Positions 27,601 to 45,600 of a DNA stretch of 64,000 nt are shown one piece after another. The position numbers and the translations under genes are program-made. The notes beneath the pieces were generated by a model, which saw only the letters and a list, made by a program, of their open reading frames with translations, did not search any database and was not told the DNA's origin. The first letter of the stretch is position 1, and every line of letters starts with the position of its first letter. Source of the DNA: Eledone cirrhosa (lineage: Eukaryota); contig OZ024740.1 of NCBI GenBank assembly GCA_964016885.1, positions 415,152,001-415,216,000 on the forward strand, in the 5' to 3' direction.

Positions 27601-30600
27601 AGACGCCATACAACTGTAGACACAGACTAGTCATAGACGGCATACAACTGTAGACACAAACTAGTCATAGACAGCATACAACTGTAGACACAAACTAGTC
27701 ATAGACGCCATACAACCGTAGACACAGACTAGTCATAGACGGCATACAACCGTAGACACAGACTAGTCATAGACGCCATACAACTGTAGACACAGACTAG
27801 TCATAGACGGCATACAACCGTAGACACAAACTAGTCATAGACGGCATACAACCGTAGACACAAACTAGTCATAGACGGCATACAACTGTAGACACAGACT
27901 AGTCATAGACGGCATACAACCGTAGACACAAACTAGTCATAGACGCCATACAACCGTAGACACAAACTAGTCATAGACGCCATACAACCGTAGACACAAA
28001 CTAGTCATAGACGCCATACAACCGTAGACACAAACTAGTCATAGACGCCATACAACCGTAGACACAAACTAGTCATAGACGCCATACAACCGTAGACACA
28101 AACTAGTCATAGACGCCATACAACCGTAGACACAAACTAGTCATAGACGGCATACAACCGTAGACACAAACTAGTCATAGACGCCATACAACCGTAGACA
28201 CAGACTAGTCATAGACGCCATACAACTGTAGACACAGACTAGTCATAGACGCCATACAACCGTAGACACAAACTAGTCATAGACGGCATACAACTGTAGA
28301 CACAGACTAGTCATAGACGCCATACAACTGTAGACACAGACTAGTCATAGACGGCATACAACTGTAGACACAGGCTAGTCATAGACGCCATACAACCGTA
28401 GACACAGACTAGTCATAGACGCCATACAACCGTAGACACAAACTAGTCATAGACGCCACACAACTGTAGACACAGACTAGTCATAGACGCCATACAACTG
28501 TAGACACAGACTAGTCATAGACGGCATACAACTGTAGACACAGACTAGTCATAGACGCCATACAACCGTAGACACAAACTAGTCATAGACGCCATACAAC
28601 TGTAGACACAGACTAGTCATAGACGCCATACAACCGTAGACACAAACTAGTCATAGACGGCATACAACTGTAGACACAGACTAATCATAGACGCCATACA
28701 ACTGTAGACACAGACTAGTCATAGACGGCATACAACTGTAGACACAGACTAGTCATAGACGCCATACAACCGTAGACACAAACTAGTCATAGACGCCATA
28801 CAACTGTAGACACAGACTAGTCATAGACGCCATACAACCGTAGACACAAACTAGTCATAGACGGCATACAACTGTAGACACAAACTAGTCATAGACGCCA
28901 TACAACCGTAGACACAAACTAGTCATAGACGGCATACAACTGTAGACGCAGACTAGTCATAGACGGCATACAACCGTAGACACAGACTAGTCATAGACGC
29001 CATACAACCGTAGACACAGACTAGTCATAGACGGCATACAACCGTAGACACAGACTAGTCATAGACGCCATACAACCGTAGACACAGACTAGTCATAGAC
29101 GCCATACAACCGTAGACACAGACTAGTCATAGACGCCATACAACTGTAGACACAGACTAGTCATAGATGCCATACAACCGTAGACACAGACTAGTCATAG
29201 ACGCCATACAACCGTAGACACAAACTAGTCATAGACGCCATACAACCGTAGACACAGACTAGTCATAGACGCCATACAACTGTAGACACAGACTAGTCAT
29301 AGACGCCATACAACCGTAGACACAAACTAGTCATAGACGCCATACAGCTGTAGACACAGACTAGTCATAGACGGCATACAACCGTAGACACAAACTAGTC
29401 ATAGACGGCATACAACCGTAGACACAGACTAGTCATAGACGCCATACAACCGTAGACACAGACTAGTCATAGACGGCATACAACTGTAGACACAGACTAG
29501 TCATAGACGGCATACAACCGTAGACACAGACTAGTCATAGACGGCATACAACTGTAGACACAGACTAGTCATAGACGCCATACAACTGTAGACACAGACT
29601 AGTCATAGACGCCATACAACTGTAGACACAGACTAGTCATAGACGGCATACAACTGTAGACACAGACTAGTCATAGACGGCATACAACCGTAGACACAGA
29701 CTAGTCATAGACGCCATACAACTGTAGACACAGACTAGTCATAGACGGCATACAACCGTAGACACAAACTAGTCATAGACGGCATACAACCGTAGACACA
29801 AACTAGTCATAGACGGCATACAACTGTAGACACAGACTAGTCATAGACGGCATACAACCGTAGACACAAACTAGTCATAGACGCCATACAACCGTAGACA
29901 CAAACTAGTCATAGACGCCATACAACCGTAGACACAAACTAGTCATAGACGCTATACAACCGTAGACACAAACTAGTCATAGACGCCATACAACCGTAGA
30001 CACAAACTAGTCATAGACGCCATACAGCTGTAGACACAAACTAGTCATAGACGCCATGCAACCGTAGACACAAACTAGTCATAGACGCCATACAACCGTA
30101 GACACAAACTAGTCATAGACGCCATACAACCGTAGACACAAACTAGTCATAGACGCCATACAACCGTAGACACAAACTAGTCATAGACGCCATACAACCG
30201 TAGACACAAACTAGTCATAGACGCCATACAACCGTAGACACAAACTAGTCATAGACGCCATACAACCTTAGACACAAACTAGTCATAGACGGCATACAAC
30301 TGTAGACACAGACTAGTCATAGACGCCATACAACTGTAGACACAGACTAGTCATAGACGGCATACAACTGTAGACACAGACTAGTCATAGACGGCATACA
30401 ACTGTAGACACAGACTAGTCATAGACGCCATACAACTGTAGACACAGACTAGTCATAGACGCCATACAACTGTAGACACAGACTAGTCATAGACGCCATA
30501 CAACTGTAGACACAGACTAGTCATAGACGGCATACAACTGTAGACACAGACTAGTCATAGACGCCATACAACTGTAGACACAGACTAGTCATAGACGCCA

Positions 30601-33600
30601 TACAACTGTAGACACAGACTAGTCATAGACGGCATACAACAGTAGACACAGACTAGTCATAGACGGCATACAACTGTAGACACAGACTAGTCATAGACGC
30701 CATACAACTGTAGACACAGACTAATCATAGACGCCATACAACTGTAGACACAGACTAGTCATAGACGGCATACAACTGTAGACACAGACTAGTCATAGAG
30801 GGCATACAACCGAAGACACAGACTAGTCATAGACGCCACACAACTGTAGACACAGACTAGTCATAGACGCCATACAACTGTAGACACAGACTAGTCATAG
30901 ACGGCATACAACTGTAGACACAGACTAGTCATAGACGCCATACAACCGTAGACACAAACTAGTCATAGACGCCATACAACTGTACACACAGACTAGTCAT
31001 AGACGCCATACAACCGTAGACACAAACTAGTCATAGACGCCATACAACCGTAGACACAAACTAGTCATAGACGCCACACAACTGTAGACACAGACTAGTC
31101 ATAGACGCCATACAACTGTAGACACAGACTAGTCATAGACGGCATACAACTGTAGACACAGACTAGTCATAGACGCCATACAACCGTAGACACAAACTAG
31201 TCATAGACGCCATACAACTGTAGACACAGACTAGTCATAGACGGCATACAACCGTAGACACAGACTAGTCATAGACGCCATACAACCGTAGACACAGACT
31301 AGTCATAGACGCCATACAACCGTAGACACAGACTAGTCATAGACGCCATACAACTGTAGACACAGACTAGTCATAGATGCCATACAACCGTAGACACAGA
31401 CTAGTCATAGACGCCATACAACCGTAGACACAAACTAGTCATAGACGCCATACAACCGTAGACACAGACTAGTCATAGACGCCATACAACTGTAGACACA
31501 GACTAGTCATAGACGCCATACAACCGTAGACACAAACTAGTCATAGACGCCATACAGCTGTAGACACAGACTAGTCATAGACGGCATACAACCGTAGACA
31601 CAAACTAGTCATAGACGGCATACAACCGTAGACACAGACTAGTCATAGACGCCATACAACCGTAGACACAGACTAGTCATAGACGGCATACAACTGTAGA
31701 CACAGACTAGTCATAGACGGCATACAACCGTAGACACAGACTAGTCATAGACGGCATACAACTGTAGACACAGACTAGTCATAGACGCCATACAACTGTA
31801 GACACAGACTAGTCATAGACGCCATACAACTGTAGACACAGACTAGTCATAGACGGCATACAACTGTAGACACAGACTAGTCATAGACGGCATACAACCG
31901 TAGACACAGACTAGTCATAGACGCCATACAACTGTAGACACAGACTAGTCATAGACGGCATACAACCGTAGACACAAACTAGTCATAGACGGCATACAAC
32001 CGTAGACACAAACTAGTCATAGACGGCATACAACTGTAGACACAGACTAGTCATAGACGGCATACAACCGTAGACACAAACTAGTCATAGACGCCATACA
32101 ACCGTAGACACAAACTAGTCATAGACGCCATACAACCGTAGACACAAACTAGTCATAGACGCTATACAACCGTAGACACAAACTAGTCATAGACGCCATA
32201 CAACCGTAGACACAAACTAGTCATAGACGCCATACAGCTGTAGACACAAACTAGTCATAGACGCCATGCAACCGTAGACACAAACTAGTCATAGACGCCA
32301 TACAACCGTAGACACAAACTAGTCATAGACGCCATACAACCGTAGACACAAACTAGTCATAGACGCCATACAACCGTAGACACAAACTAGTCATAGACGC
32401 CATACAACCGTAGACACAAACTAGTCATAGACGCCATACAACCGTAGACACAAACTAGTCATAGACGCCATACAACCTTAGACACAAACTAGTCATAGAC
32501 GGCATACAACTGTAGACACAGACTAGTCATAGACGCCATACAACTGTAGACACAGACTAGTCATAGACGGCATACAACTGTAGACACAGACTAGTCATAG
32601 ACGGCATACAACTGTAGACACAGACTAGTCATAGACGCCATACAACTGTAGACACAGACTAGTCATAGACGCCATACAACTGTAGACACAGACTAGTCAT
32701 AGACGCCATACAACTGTAGACACAGACTAGTCATAGACGGCATACAACTGTAGACACAGACTAGTCATAGACGCCATACAACTGTAGACACAGACTAGTC
32801 ATAGACGCCATACAACTGTAGACACAGACTAGTCATAGACGGCATACAACAGTAGACACAGACTAGTCATAGACGGCATACAACTGTAGACACAGACTAG
32901 TCATAGACGCCATACAACTGTAGACACAGACTAATCATAGACGCCATACAACTGTAGACACAGACTAGTCATAGACGGCATACAACTGTAGACACAGACT
33001 AGTCATAGAGGGCATACAACCGAAGACACAGACTAGTCATAGACGCCATACAACTGTAGACACAGACTAGTCATAGACGGCATACAACCGTAGACACAAA
33101 CTAGTCATAGACGGCATACAACCGTAGACACAAACTAGTCATAGACGGCATACAACTGTAGACACAGACTAGTCATAGACGGCATACAACCGTAGACACA
33201 AACTAGTCATAGACGCCATACAACCGTAGACACAAACTAGTCATAGACGCCATACAGCTGTAGACACAGACTAGTCATAGACGGCATACAACCGTAGACA
33301 CAAACTAGTCATAGACGGCATACAACCGTAGACACAGACTAGTCATAGACGGCATACAACTGTAGACACAGACTAGTCATAGACGCCATACAACTGTAGA
33401 CACAGACTAGTCATAGACGGCATACAACTGTAGACACAGACTAGTCATAGACGCCATACAACCGTAGACACAGACTAGTCATAGACGCCATACAACCGTA
33501 GACACAAACTAGTCATAGACGCCACACAACTGTAGACACAGACTAGTCATAGACGCCATACAACTGTAGACACAGACTAGTCATAGACGGCATACAACTG

Positions 33601-36600
33601 TAGACACAGACTAGTCATAGACGCCATACAACCGTAGACACAAACTAGTCATAGACGCCATACAACTGTAGACACAGACTAGTCATAGACGCCATACAAC
33701 CGTAGACACAAACTAGTCATAGACGGCATACAACTGTAGACACAGACTAGTCATAGACGCCATACAAGTGTAGACACAGACTAGTCATAGACGGCATACA
33801 ACTGTAGACACAGACTAGTCATAGACGCCATACAACCGTAGACACAAACTAGTCATAGACGCCATACAACTGTAGACACAGACTAGTCATAGACGCCATA
33901 CAACCGTAGACACAAACTAGTCATAGACGGCATACAACTGTAGACACAAACTAGTCATAGACGCCATACAACCGTAGACACAAACTAGTCATAGACGCCA
34001 TACAACTGTAGACGCAGACTAGTCATAGACGGCATACAACCGTAGACACAGACTAGTCATAGACGCCATACAACCGTAGACACAGACTAGTCATAGACGG
34101 CATACAACCGTATACACAGACTAGTCATAGACGCCATACAACCGTAGACACAGACTAGTCATAGACGCCATACAACCGTAGACACAGACTAGTCATAGAC
34201 GCCATACAACTGTAGACACAGACTAGTCATAGATGCCATACAACCGTAGACACAGACTAGTCATAGACGCCATACAACCGTAGACACAAACTAGTCATAG
34301 ACGCCATACAACCGTAGACACAGACTAGTCATAGACGCCATACAACTGTAGACACAGACTAGTCATAGACGCCATACAACCGTAGACACAAACTAGTCAT
34401 AGACGCCATACAGCTGTAGACACAGACTAGTCATAGACGGCATACAACCGTAGACACAAACTAGTCATAGACGGCATACAACCGTAGACACAGACTAGTC
34501 ATAGACGCCATACAACCGTAGACACAGACTAGTCATAGACGGCATACAACTGTAGACACAGACTAGTCATAGACGGCATACAACCGTAGACACAGACTAG
34601 TCATAGACGGCATACAACTGTAGACACAGACTAGTCATAGACGCCATACAACTGTAGACACAGACTAGTCATAGACGCCATACAACTGTAGACACAGACT
34701 AGTCATAGACGGCATACAACTGTAGACACAGACTAGTCATAGACGGCATACAACCGTAGACACAGACTAGTCATAGACGCCATACAACTGTAGACACAGA
34801 CTAGTCATAGACGGCATACAACTGTAGACACAAACTAGTCATAGACGGCATACAACCGTAGACACAAACTAGTCATAGACGGCATACAACTGTAGACACA
34901 GACTAGTCATAGACGGCATACAACCGTAGACACAAACTAGTCATAGACGCCATACAACCGTAGACACAAACTAGTCATAGACGCCATACAACCGTAGACA
35001 CAAACTAGTCATAGACGCCATACAACCGTAGACACAAACTAGTCATAGACGCCATACAACCGTAGACACAAACTAGTCATAGACGCCATACAGCTGTAGA
35101 CACAAACTAGTCATAGACGCCATGCAACCGTAGACACAAACTAGTCATAGACGCCATACAACCGTAGACACAAACTAGTCATAGACGCCATACAACCGTA
35201 GACACAAACTAGTCATAGACGCCATACAACCGTAGACACAAACTAGTCATAGACGCCATACAACCGTAGACACAAACTAGTCATAGACGCCATACAACCG
35301 TAGACACAAACTAGTCATAGACGCCATACAACCTTAGACACAAACTAGTCATAGACGGCATACAACTGTAGACACAGACTAGTCATAGACGCCATACAAC
35401 TGTAGACACAGACTAGTCATAGACGGCATACAACTGTAGACACAGACTAGTCATAGACGGCATACAACTGTAGACACAGACTAGTCATAGACGCCATACA
35501 ACTGTAGACACAGACTAGTCATAGACGCCATACAACTGTAGACACAGACTAGTCATAGACGCCATACAACTGTAGACACAGACTAGTCATAGACGGCATA
35601 CAACTGTAGACACAGACTAGTCATAGACGCCATACAACTGTAGACACAGACTAGTCATAGACGCCATACAACTGTAGACACAGACTAGTCATAGACGGCA
35701 TACAACAGTAGACACAGACTAGTCATAGACGGCATACAACTGTAGACACAGACTAGTCATAGACGCCATACAACTGTAGACACAGACTAATCATAGACGC
35801 CATACAACTGTAGACACAGACTAGTCATAGACGGCATACAACTGTAGACACAGACTAGTCATAGAGGGCATACAACCGAAGACACAGACTAGTCATAGAC
35901 GCCATACAACTGTAGACACAGACTAGTCATAGACGGCATACAACCGTAGACACAAACTAGTCATAGACGGCATACAACCGTAGACACAAACTAGTCATAG
36001 ACGGCATACAACTGTAGACACAGACTAGTCATAGACGGCATACAACCGTAGACACAAACTAGTCATAGACGCCATACAACCGTAGACACAAACTAGTCAT
36101 AGACGCCATACAGCTGTAGACACAGACTAGTCATAGACGGCATACAACCGTAGACACAAACTAGTCATAGACGGCATACAACCGTAGACACAGACTAGTC
36201 ATAGACGGCATACAACTGTAGACACAGACTAGTCATAGACGCCATACAACTGTAGACACAGACTAGTCATAGACGGCATACAACTGTAGACACAGACTAG
36301 TCATAGACGCCATACAACCGTAGACACAGACTAGTCATAGACGCCATACAACCGTAGACACAAACTAGTCATAGACGCCACAAAACTGTAGACACAGACT
36401 AGTCATAGACGCCATACAACTGTAGACACAGACTAGTCATAGACGGCATACAACTGTAGACACAGACTAGTCATAGACGCCATACAACCGTAGACACAAA
36501 CTAGTCATAGACGCCATACAACTGTAGACACAGACTAGTCATAGACGCCATACAACCGTAGACACAAACTAGTCATAGACGGCATACAACTGTAGACACA

Positions 36601-39600
36601 GACTAGTCATAGACGCCATACAAGTGTAGACACAGACTAGTCATAGACGGCATACAACTGTAGACACAGACTAGTCATAGACGCCATACAACCGTAGACA
36701 CAAACTAGTCATAGACGCCATACAACTGTAGACACAGACTAGTCATAGACGCCATACAACCGTAGACACAAACTAGTCATAGACGGCATACAACTGTAGA
36801 CACAAACTAGTCATAGACGCCATACAACCGTAGACACAAACTAGTCATAGACGCCATACAACTGTAGACGCAGACTAGTCATAGACGGCATACAACCGTA
36901 GACACAGACTAGTCATAGACGCCATACAACCGTAGACACAGACTAGTCATAGACGGCATACAACCGTATACACAGACTAGTCATAGACGCCATACAACCG
37001 TAGACACAGACTAGTCATAGACGCCATACAACCGTAGACACAGACTAGTCATAGACGCCATACAACTGTAGACACAGACTAGTCATAGATGCCATACAAC
37101 CGTAGACACAGACTAGTCATAGACGCCATACAACCGTAGACACAAACTAGTCATAGACGCCATACAACCATAGACACAGACTAGTCATAGACGCCATACA
37201 ACTGTAGACACAGACTAGTCATAGACGCCATACAACCGTAGACACAAACTAGTCATAGACGCCATACAGCTGTAGACACAGACTAGTCATAGACGGCATA
37301 CAACCGTAGACACAAACTAGTCATAGACGGCATACAACCGTAGACACAGACTAGTCATAGACGCCATACAACCGTAGACACAGACTAGTCATAGACGGCA
37401 TACAACTGTAGACACAGACTAGTCATAGACGGCATACAACCGTAGACACAGACTAGTCATAGACGGCATACAACTGTAGACACAGACTAGTCATAGACGC
37501 CATACAACTGTAGACACAGACTAGTCATAGACGCCATACAACTGTAGACACAGACTAGTCATAGACGGCATACAACTGTAGACACAGACTAGTCATAGAC
37601 GGCATACAACCGTAGACACAGACTAGTCATAGACGCCATACAACTGTAGACACAGACTAGTCATAGACGGCATACAACCGTAGACACAAACTAGTCATAG
37701 ACGGCATACAACTGTAGACACAGACTAGTCATAGACGGCATACAACCGTAGACACAAACTAGTCATAGACGCCATACAACCGTAGACACAAACTAGTCAT
37801 AGACGCCATACAACCGTAGACACAAACTAGTCATAGACGCCATACAACCGTAGACACAAACTAGTCATAGACGCCATACAACCGTAGACACAAACTAGTC
37901 ATAGACGCCATACAGCTGTAGACACAAACTAGTCATAGACGCCATGCAACCGTAGACACAAACTAGTCATAGACGCCATACAACCGTAGACACAAACTAG
38001 TCATAGACGCCATACAACCGTAGACACAAACTAGTCATAGACGCCATACAACCGTAGACACAAACTAGTCATAGACGCCATACAACCGTAGACACAAACT
38101 AGTCATAGACGCCATACAACCGTAGACACAAACTAGTCATAGACGCCATACAACCTTAGACACAAACTAGTCATAGACGGCATACAACTGTAGACACAGA
38201 CTAGTCATAGACGCCATACAACTGTAGACACAGACTAGTCATAGACGGCATACAACTGTAGACACAGACTAGTCATAGACGGCATACAACTGTAGACACA
38301 GACTAGTCATAGACGCCATACAACTGTAGACACAGACTAGTCATAGACGCCATACAACTGTAGACACAGACTAGTCATAGACGCCATACAACTGTAGACA
38401 CAGACTAGTCATAGACGGCATACAACTGTAGACACAGACTAGTCATAGACGCCATACAACTGTAGACACAGACTAGTCATAGACGCCATACAACTGTAGA
38501 CACAGACTAGTCATAGACGGCATACAACAGTAGACACAGACTAGTCATAGACGGCATACAACTGTAGACACAGACTAGTCATAGACGCCATACAACTGTA
38601 GACACAGACTAATCATAGACGCCATACAACTGTAGACACAGACTAGTCATAGACGGCATACAACTGTAGACACAGACTAGTCATAGAGGGCATACAACCG
38701 AAGACACAGACTAGTCATAGACGCCATACGACTGTAGACACAGACTAGTCATAGACGGCATACAACCGTAGACACAAACTAGTCATAGACGGCATACAAC
38801 CGTAGACACAAACTAGTCATAGACGGCATACAACTGTAGACACAGACTAGTCATAGACGGCATACAACCGTAGACACAAACTAGTCATAGACGCCATACA
38901 ACCGTAGACACAAACTAGTCATAGACGCCATACAGCTGTAGACACAGACTAGTCATAGACGGCATACAACCGTAGACACAAACTAGTCATAGACGGCATA
39001 CAACCGTAGACACAAACTAGTCATAGACGGCATACAACCGTAGACACAGACTAGTTATAGACGCCATACAACCGTAGACACAGACTAGTCATAGACGGCA
39101 TACAACTGTAGACACAGACTAGTCATAGACGGCATACAACCGTAGACACAGACTAGTCATAGACGGCATACAACTGTAGACACAGACTAGACATAGACGG
39201 CATACAACCGTAGAAACAGACTAGTCATAGACGCCATACAACCGTAGACACAAACTAGTCATAGACGCCATACAACTGTAGACACAAACTAGTCATAGAC
39301 GCCATATAACTGTAGACACAGACTAGTCATAGACGGCATACAACTATAGACACAAACTAGTCATAGACGGCATACAACTGTAGACACAGACTAGACATAG
39401 ACGGCATACAACTGTAGACACAGACTAGTCATAGACGGCATACAACTGTAGACACAGACTAGTCATAGACGCCATACAACTGTAGACACAGACTAGTCAT
39501 AGACGCCATACAACTGTAGACACAGACTAGTCATAGACGCCATACAACTGTAGACACAGACTAGTCATAGACGGCATACAACTGTAGACACAGACTAGTC

Positions 39601-42600
39601 ATAGACGCCATACAACTGTAGACACAGACTAGTCATAGACGCCATACAACTGTAGACACAGACTAGTCATAGACGGCATACAACTGTAGACACAGACTAG
39701 TCATAGACGCCATACAACTGTAGACACAGACTAGTCATAGACGGCATACAACCGTAGACACAGACTAGTCATAGACGCCATACAACTGTAGAAACAGACT
39801 AGTCATAGACGGCATACAACAAAGACACAAACTAGTCATAGACGGCATACAACCGTAGACACAAACTAGTCATAGACGGCATACAACTGTAGACACAGAC
39901 TAGTCATAGACGGCATACAACCGTAGACACAAACTAGTCATAGACGCCATACAACCGTAGACACAAACTACTCATAGACGCCATACAACCGTAGACACAA
40001 ACTAGTCATAGACACCATACAACCGTAGACACAAACTAGTCATAGACGCCATACAACAGTAGACACAAACTAGTCATAGACGCCATACAGCTGTAGACAC
40101 AAACTAGTCATAGACGCCATGCAACCGTAGACACAAACTAGTCATAGACGCCATACAACCGTAGACACAAACTAGTCATAGACGCCATACAACCGTAGAC
40201 ACAAACTAGTCATACACGCCATACAACCGTAGACACAAACTAGTCATAGACGCCATACAACCGTAGACACAAACTAGTCATAGACGCCATACAACCGTAG
40301 ACACAAACTAGTCATAGACGCCATACAACCGTAGACACAAACTAGTCATAGACGGCATACAACCGTAGACACAAACTAGTCATAGACGGCATACAACTGT
40401 AGACACAGACTAGTCATTGACGCCATACAACTGTAGACACAGACTAGTCATAGACGGCATACAACTGTAGACACAGACTAGTCATAGACGGCATACAACT
40501 GTAGACACAGAGTAGTCATAGACGCCATACAACTGTACACACAGACTAGTCATAGACGCCATACAACTGTAGACACAGACTAGTCATAGACGCCATACAA
40601 CTGTAGACACAGACTAGTCATAGACGGCATACAACTGTAGACACAGACTAGTCATAGACGCCATACAACTGTAGACACAGACTAGTCATAGACGCCATAC
40701 AACTGTAGACACAGACGAGTCATAGACGGCATACAACCGTAGACACAGACTAGTCATAGACGGCATACAACTGTAGACACAGACTAGTCATAGACGCCAT
40801 GCAACTGTAGACACAGACTAGTCATAGACGCCATACAACTGTAGACACAGACTAGACATAGACGGCATACAACTGTAGACACAGACTAGTCATAGACGGC
40901 ATACAACCGTAGACACAGACTAGTCATAGACGCCATACAACTGTAGACACAGACTAGTCATAGACGGCATACAACCGTAGACACAAACTAGTCATAGACG
41001 GCATACAACCGTAGACACAAACTAGTCATAGACGGCATACAACTGTAGACACAGACTAGTCATAGACGGCATACAACCGTAGACACAAACTAGTCATAGA
41101 CGCCATACAACCGTAGACACAAACTAGTCATAGACGCCATACAACCGTAGACACAAACTAGTCATAGACGCCATACAATCGTAGACACAAACTAGTCATA
41201 GACGCCATACAGCTGTAGACACAAACTAGTCATAGACGGCATACAACTGTAGACACAGACTAGACATAGACGGCATACAACTGTAGACACAGACTAGTCA
41301 TAGACGGCATACAACTGTAGACACAGACTAGTCATAGACGCCATACAACTGTAGACACAGACTAGTCATAGACGCCATACAACTGTAGACACAGACTAGT
41401 CATAGACGCCATACAACTGTAGACACAGACTAGTCATAGACGGCATACAACTGTAGACACAGACTAGTCATAGACGCCATACAACTGTAGACACAGACTA
41501 GTCATAGACGCCATACAACTGTAGACACAGACTAGTCATAGACGGCATACAACTGTAGACACAGACTAGTCATAGACGCCATACAACCGTAGACACAGAC
41601 TAGTCATAGACGCCATACAACCGTAGACACAAACTAGTCATAGACGCCATACAACTGTAGACACAGACTAGTCATAGACGCCATACAACAGTAGACACAG
41701 ACTAGTCATAGACGGCATACAACTGTAGACACAGACTAGTCATAGCCGCCATACAACCGTAGACACAAACTAGTCATAGACGCCATACAACTCTAGACAC
41801 AGACTAGTCATAGACGCCATACAACCGTAGACACAAACTAGTCATAGACGGCATACAACTGTAGACACAGACTAGTCATAGACGCCATACAACTGTAGAC
41901 ACAGACTAGTCATAGACGGCATACAACTGTAGACACAGACTAGTCATAGACGCCATACAACCGTAGACACAAACTAGTCATAGACGCCATACAACTGTAG
42001 ACACAGACCAGTCATAGACGCCATACAACCGTAGACACAAACTAGTCATAGACGCCATACAACCGTAGACACAGACTAGTCATAGACGCCATACAACTGT
42101 AGACACAGACTAGTCATAGACGCCATAGAACCGTAGACACAAACTAGTCATAGACGGCATACAACTGTAGATACAAACTAGTCATAGACGCCATACAACC
42201 GTAGACACAGACTAGTCATAGACGCCATACAACTGTAGACACTGACTAGTCATAGACGCCATACAACCGTAGACATAGACTAGTCATAGACGGCATACAA
42301 CTGTAGACACAAACTAGTCATAGACGGCATACAACTGTAGACACAAACTAGTCATAGACGGCATACAACTGTAGACACAGACTAGTCATAGACGCCATAC
42401 AACTGTAGACACAGACTAGTCATAGACGCCATAGAACTGTAGACACAAACTAGTCATAGACGGCATACAACTGTAGACACAAACTAGTCATAGACGGCAT
42501 ACAACCGTAGACACAGACTAGTCATAGACGGCATACAACTGTAGTCACAGACTAGTCATAGACGGCATACAACTGAAGTCACAGACTAGTCATAGACGGC

Positions 42601-45600
42601 ATACAACTGTAGACACAGACTAGTCATAGACGGCATACAACCGTAGACACAGACTAGTCATAGACGCCATACAACTGTAGAAACAGACTAGTCATAGACG
42701 GAATACAACCGTAGACACAAACTAGTCATAGACGGCATACAACCGTAGACACAAACTAGTCATAGACGGCATACAACTGTAGACACAGACTAGTCATAGA
42801 CGGCATACAACCGTAGACACAAACTAGTCATAGACGCCAAACAACCGTAGACACAAACTAGTCATAGACGCCATACAACCGCAGACACAAACTAGTCATA
42901 GACGCCATACAACCGTAGACACAAACTAGTCATAGACGCCATACAACCGTAGACACAAACTAGTCATAGACGCCATACAGCTGTAGACACAAACTAGTCA
43001 TAGACGCCATGCAACCGTAGACACAAACTAGTCATAGACGCCATACAACCGTAGACACAAACTAGTCATAGACGCCATACAACCGTAGACACAAACTAGT
43101 CATAGACGCCATACAACCGTAGACACATACTAGTCATAGACGCCATACAACCGTAGACACAAACTAGTCATAGACGCCATACAACCGTAGACACAAACTA
43201 GTCATAGACGCCATACAACCGTAGACACAAACTAGTCATAGACGGCATACAACCGTAGACACAAACTAGTCATAGACGGCATACAACTGTAGACACAGAC
43301 TAGTCATTGACGCCATACAACTGTAGACACAGACTACTCATAGACGGCATACAACTGTAGACACAGACTAGTCATAGACGGCATACAACTGTAGACACAG
43401 AGTAGTCATAGACGCCATACAACTGTACACACAGACTAGTCATAGACGCCATACAACTGTAGACACAGACTAGTCATAGACGCCATACAACTGTAGACAC
43501 AGACTAGTCATAGACGGCATACAACTGTAGACACAGACTAGTCATAGACGGCATACAACTGTAGACACAGACTAGTCATAGACGCCATACAACTGTAGAC
43601 ACAGACTAGTCATAGACGCCATACAACTGTAGACACAGACTAGTCATAGACGGCATACAACTGTAGACACAGACTAGTAATAGACGCCATACAACTGTAG
43701 ACACAGACTAGTCATAGACGCCATACAACTGTAGACACAGACTAGACATAGACGGCATACAACTGTAGACACAGACTAGTCATAGACGGCATACAACCGT
43801 AGACACAGACTAGTCATAGACGCCATACAACTGTAGACACAGACTAGTCATAGACGGCATACAACCGTAGACACAAACTAGTCATAGACGGCATACAACC
43901 GTAGACACAAACTAGTCATAGACGGCATACAACTGTAGACACAGACTAGTCATAGACGGCATACAACCGTAGACACAAACTAGTCATAGACGCCATACAA
44001 CCGTAGACACAAACTAGTCATAGACGCCATACAACCGTAGACACAAACTAGTCATAGACGCCATACAACCGTAGACACAAACTAGTCATAGACGCCATAC
44101 AATCGTAGACACAAACTAGTCATAGACGCCATACAGCTGTAGACAGAAACTAGTCATAGACGCCATGCAACCGTAGACACAAACTAGTCATAGACGCCAT
44201 ACAACCGTAGACACAAACTAGTCATAGACGCCATACAACCGTAGACACAAACTAGTCATAGACGCCATACAACCGTAGACACAAACTAGTCATAGACGCC
44301 ATACAACCGTAGACACAAACTAGTCATAGACGGCATACAACTGTAGACACAAACTAGTCATAGACGCCATACAACCGTAGACACAGACTAGTCATAGACG
44401 CCATACAACTGTAGACTCAGACTAGTCATAGACGCCATAGAACCGTAGACACAAACTAGTCATAGACGGCATACAACTGTAGACACAGACTAGTCATAGA
44501 CGCCATACAACTGTAGACACAGACTAGTCATAGACGGCATACAACTGTAGACACAGACTAGTCATAGACGCCATACAACCGTAGACACAGACTAGTCATA
44601 GACGCCATACAACCGTAGACACAAACTAGTCATAGACGCCATACAACTGTAGACACAGACTAGTCATAGACGCCATACAACAGTAGACACAGACTAGTCA
44701 TAGACGGCATACAACTGTAGACACAGACTAGTCATAGCCGCCATACAACCGTAGACACAAACTAGTCATAGACGCCATACAACTGTAGACACAGACTAGT
44801 CATAGACGCCATACAACCGTAGACACAAACTAGTCATAGACGCCATACAACTGTAGACACAGACCAGTCATAGACGCCATACAACCGTAGACACAAACTA
44901 GTCATAGACGCCATACAACCGTAGACACAGACTAGTCATAGACGCCATACAACTGTAGACACAGACTAGTCATAGACGCCATACAACCGTAGACACAAAC
45001 TAGTCATAGACGGCATACAACTGTAGATACAAACTAGTCATAGACGCCATACAACCGTAGACACAGACTAGTCATAGACGCCATACAACTGTAGACACTG
45101 ACTAGTCATAGACGCCATACAACCGTAGACATAGACTAGTCATAGACGGCATACAACTGTAGACACAAACTAGTCATAGACGGCATACAACTGTAGACAC
45201 AAACTAGTCATAGACGGCATACAACTGTAGACACAGACTAGTCATAGACGCCATACAACTGTAGACACAGACTAGTCATAGACGCCATAGAACTGTAGAC
45301 ACAAACTAGTCATAGACGGCATACAACTGTAGACACAAACTAGTCATAGACGGCATACAACCGTAGACACAGACTAGTCATAGACGGCATACAACTGTAG
45401 TCACAGACTAGTCATAGACGGCATACAACTGTAGTCACAGACTCGTCATAGACGGCATACAACTGTAGACACAGACTAGTCATAGACGGCATACAACTGT
45501 AGACACAGACTAGTCATAGACGGCATACAACCGTAGACACAGACTAGTCATAGACGGCATACAACCGTAGACACAGACTAGTCATAGACGGCATACAACT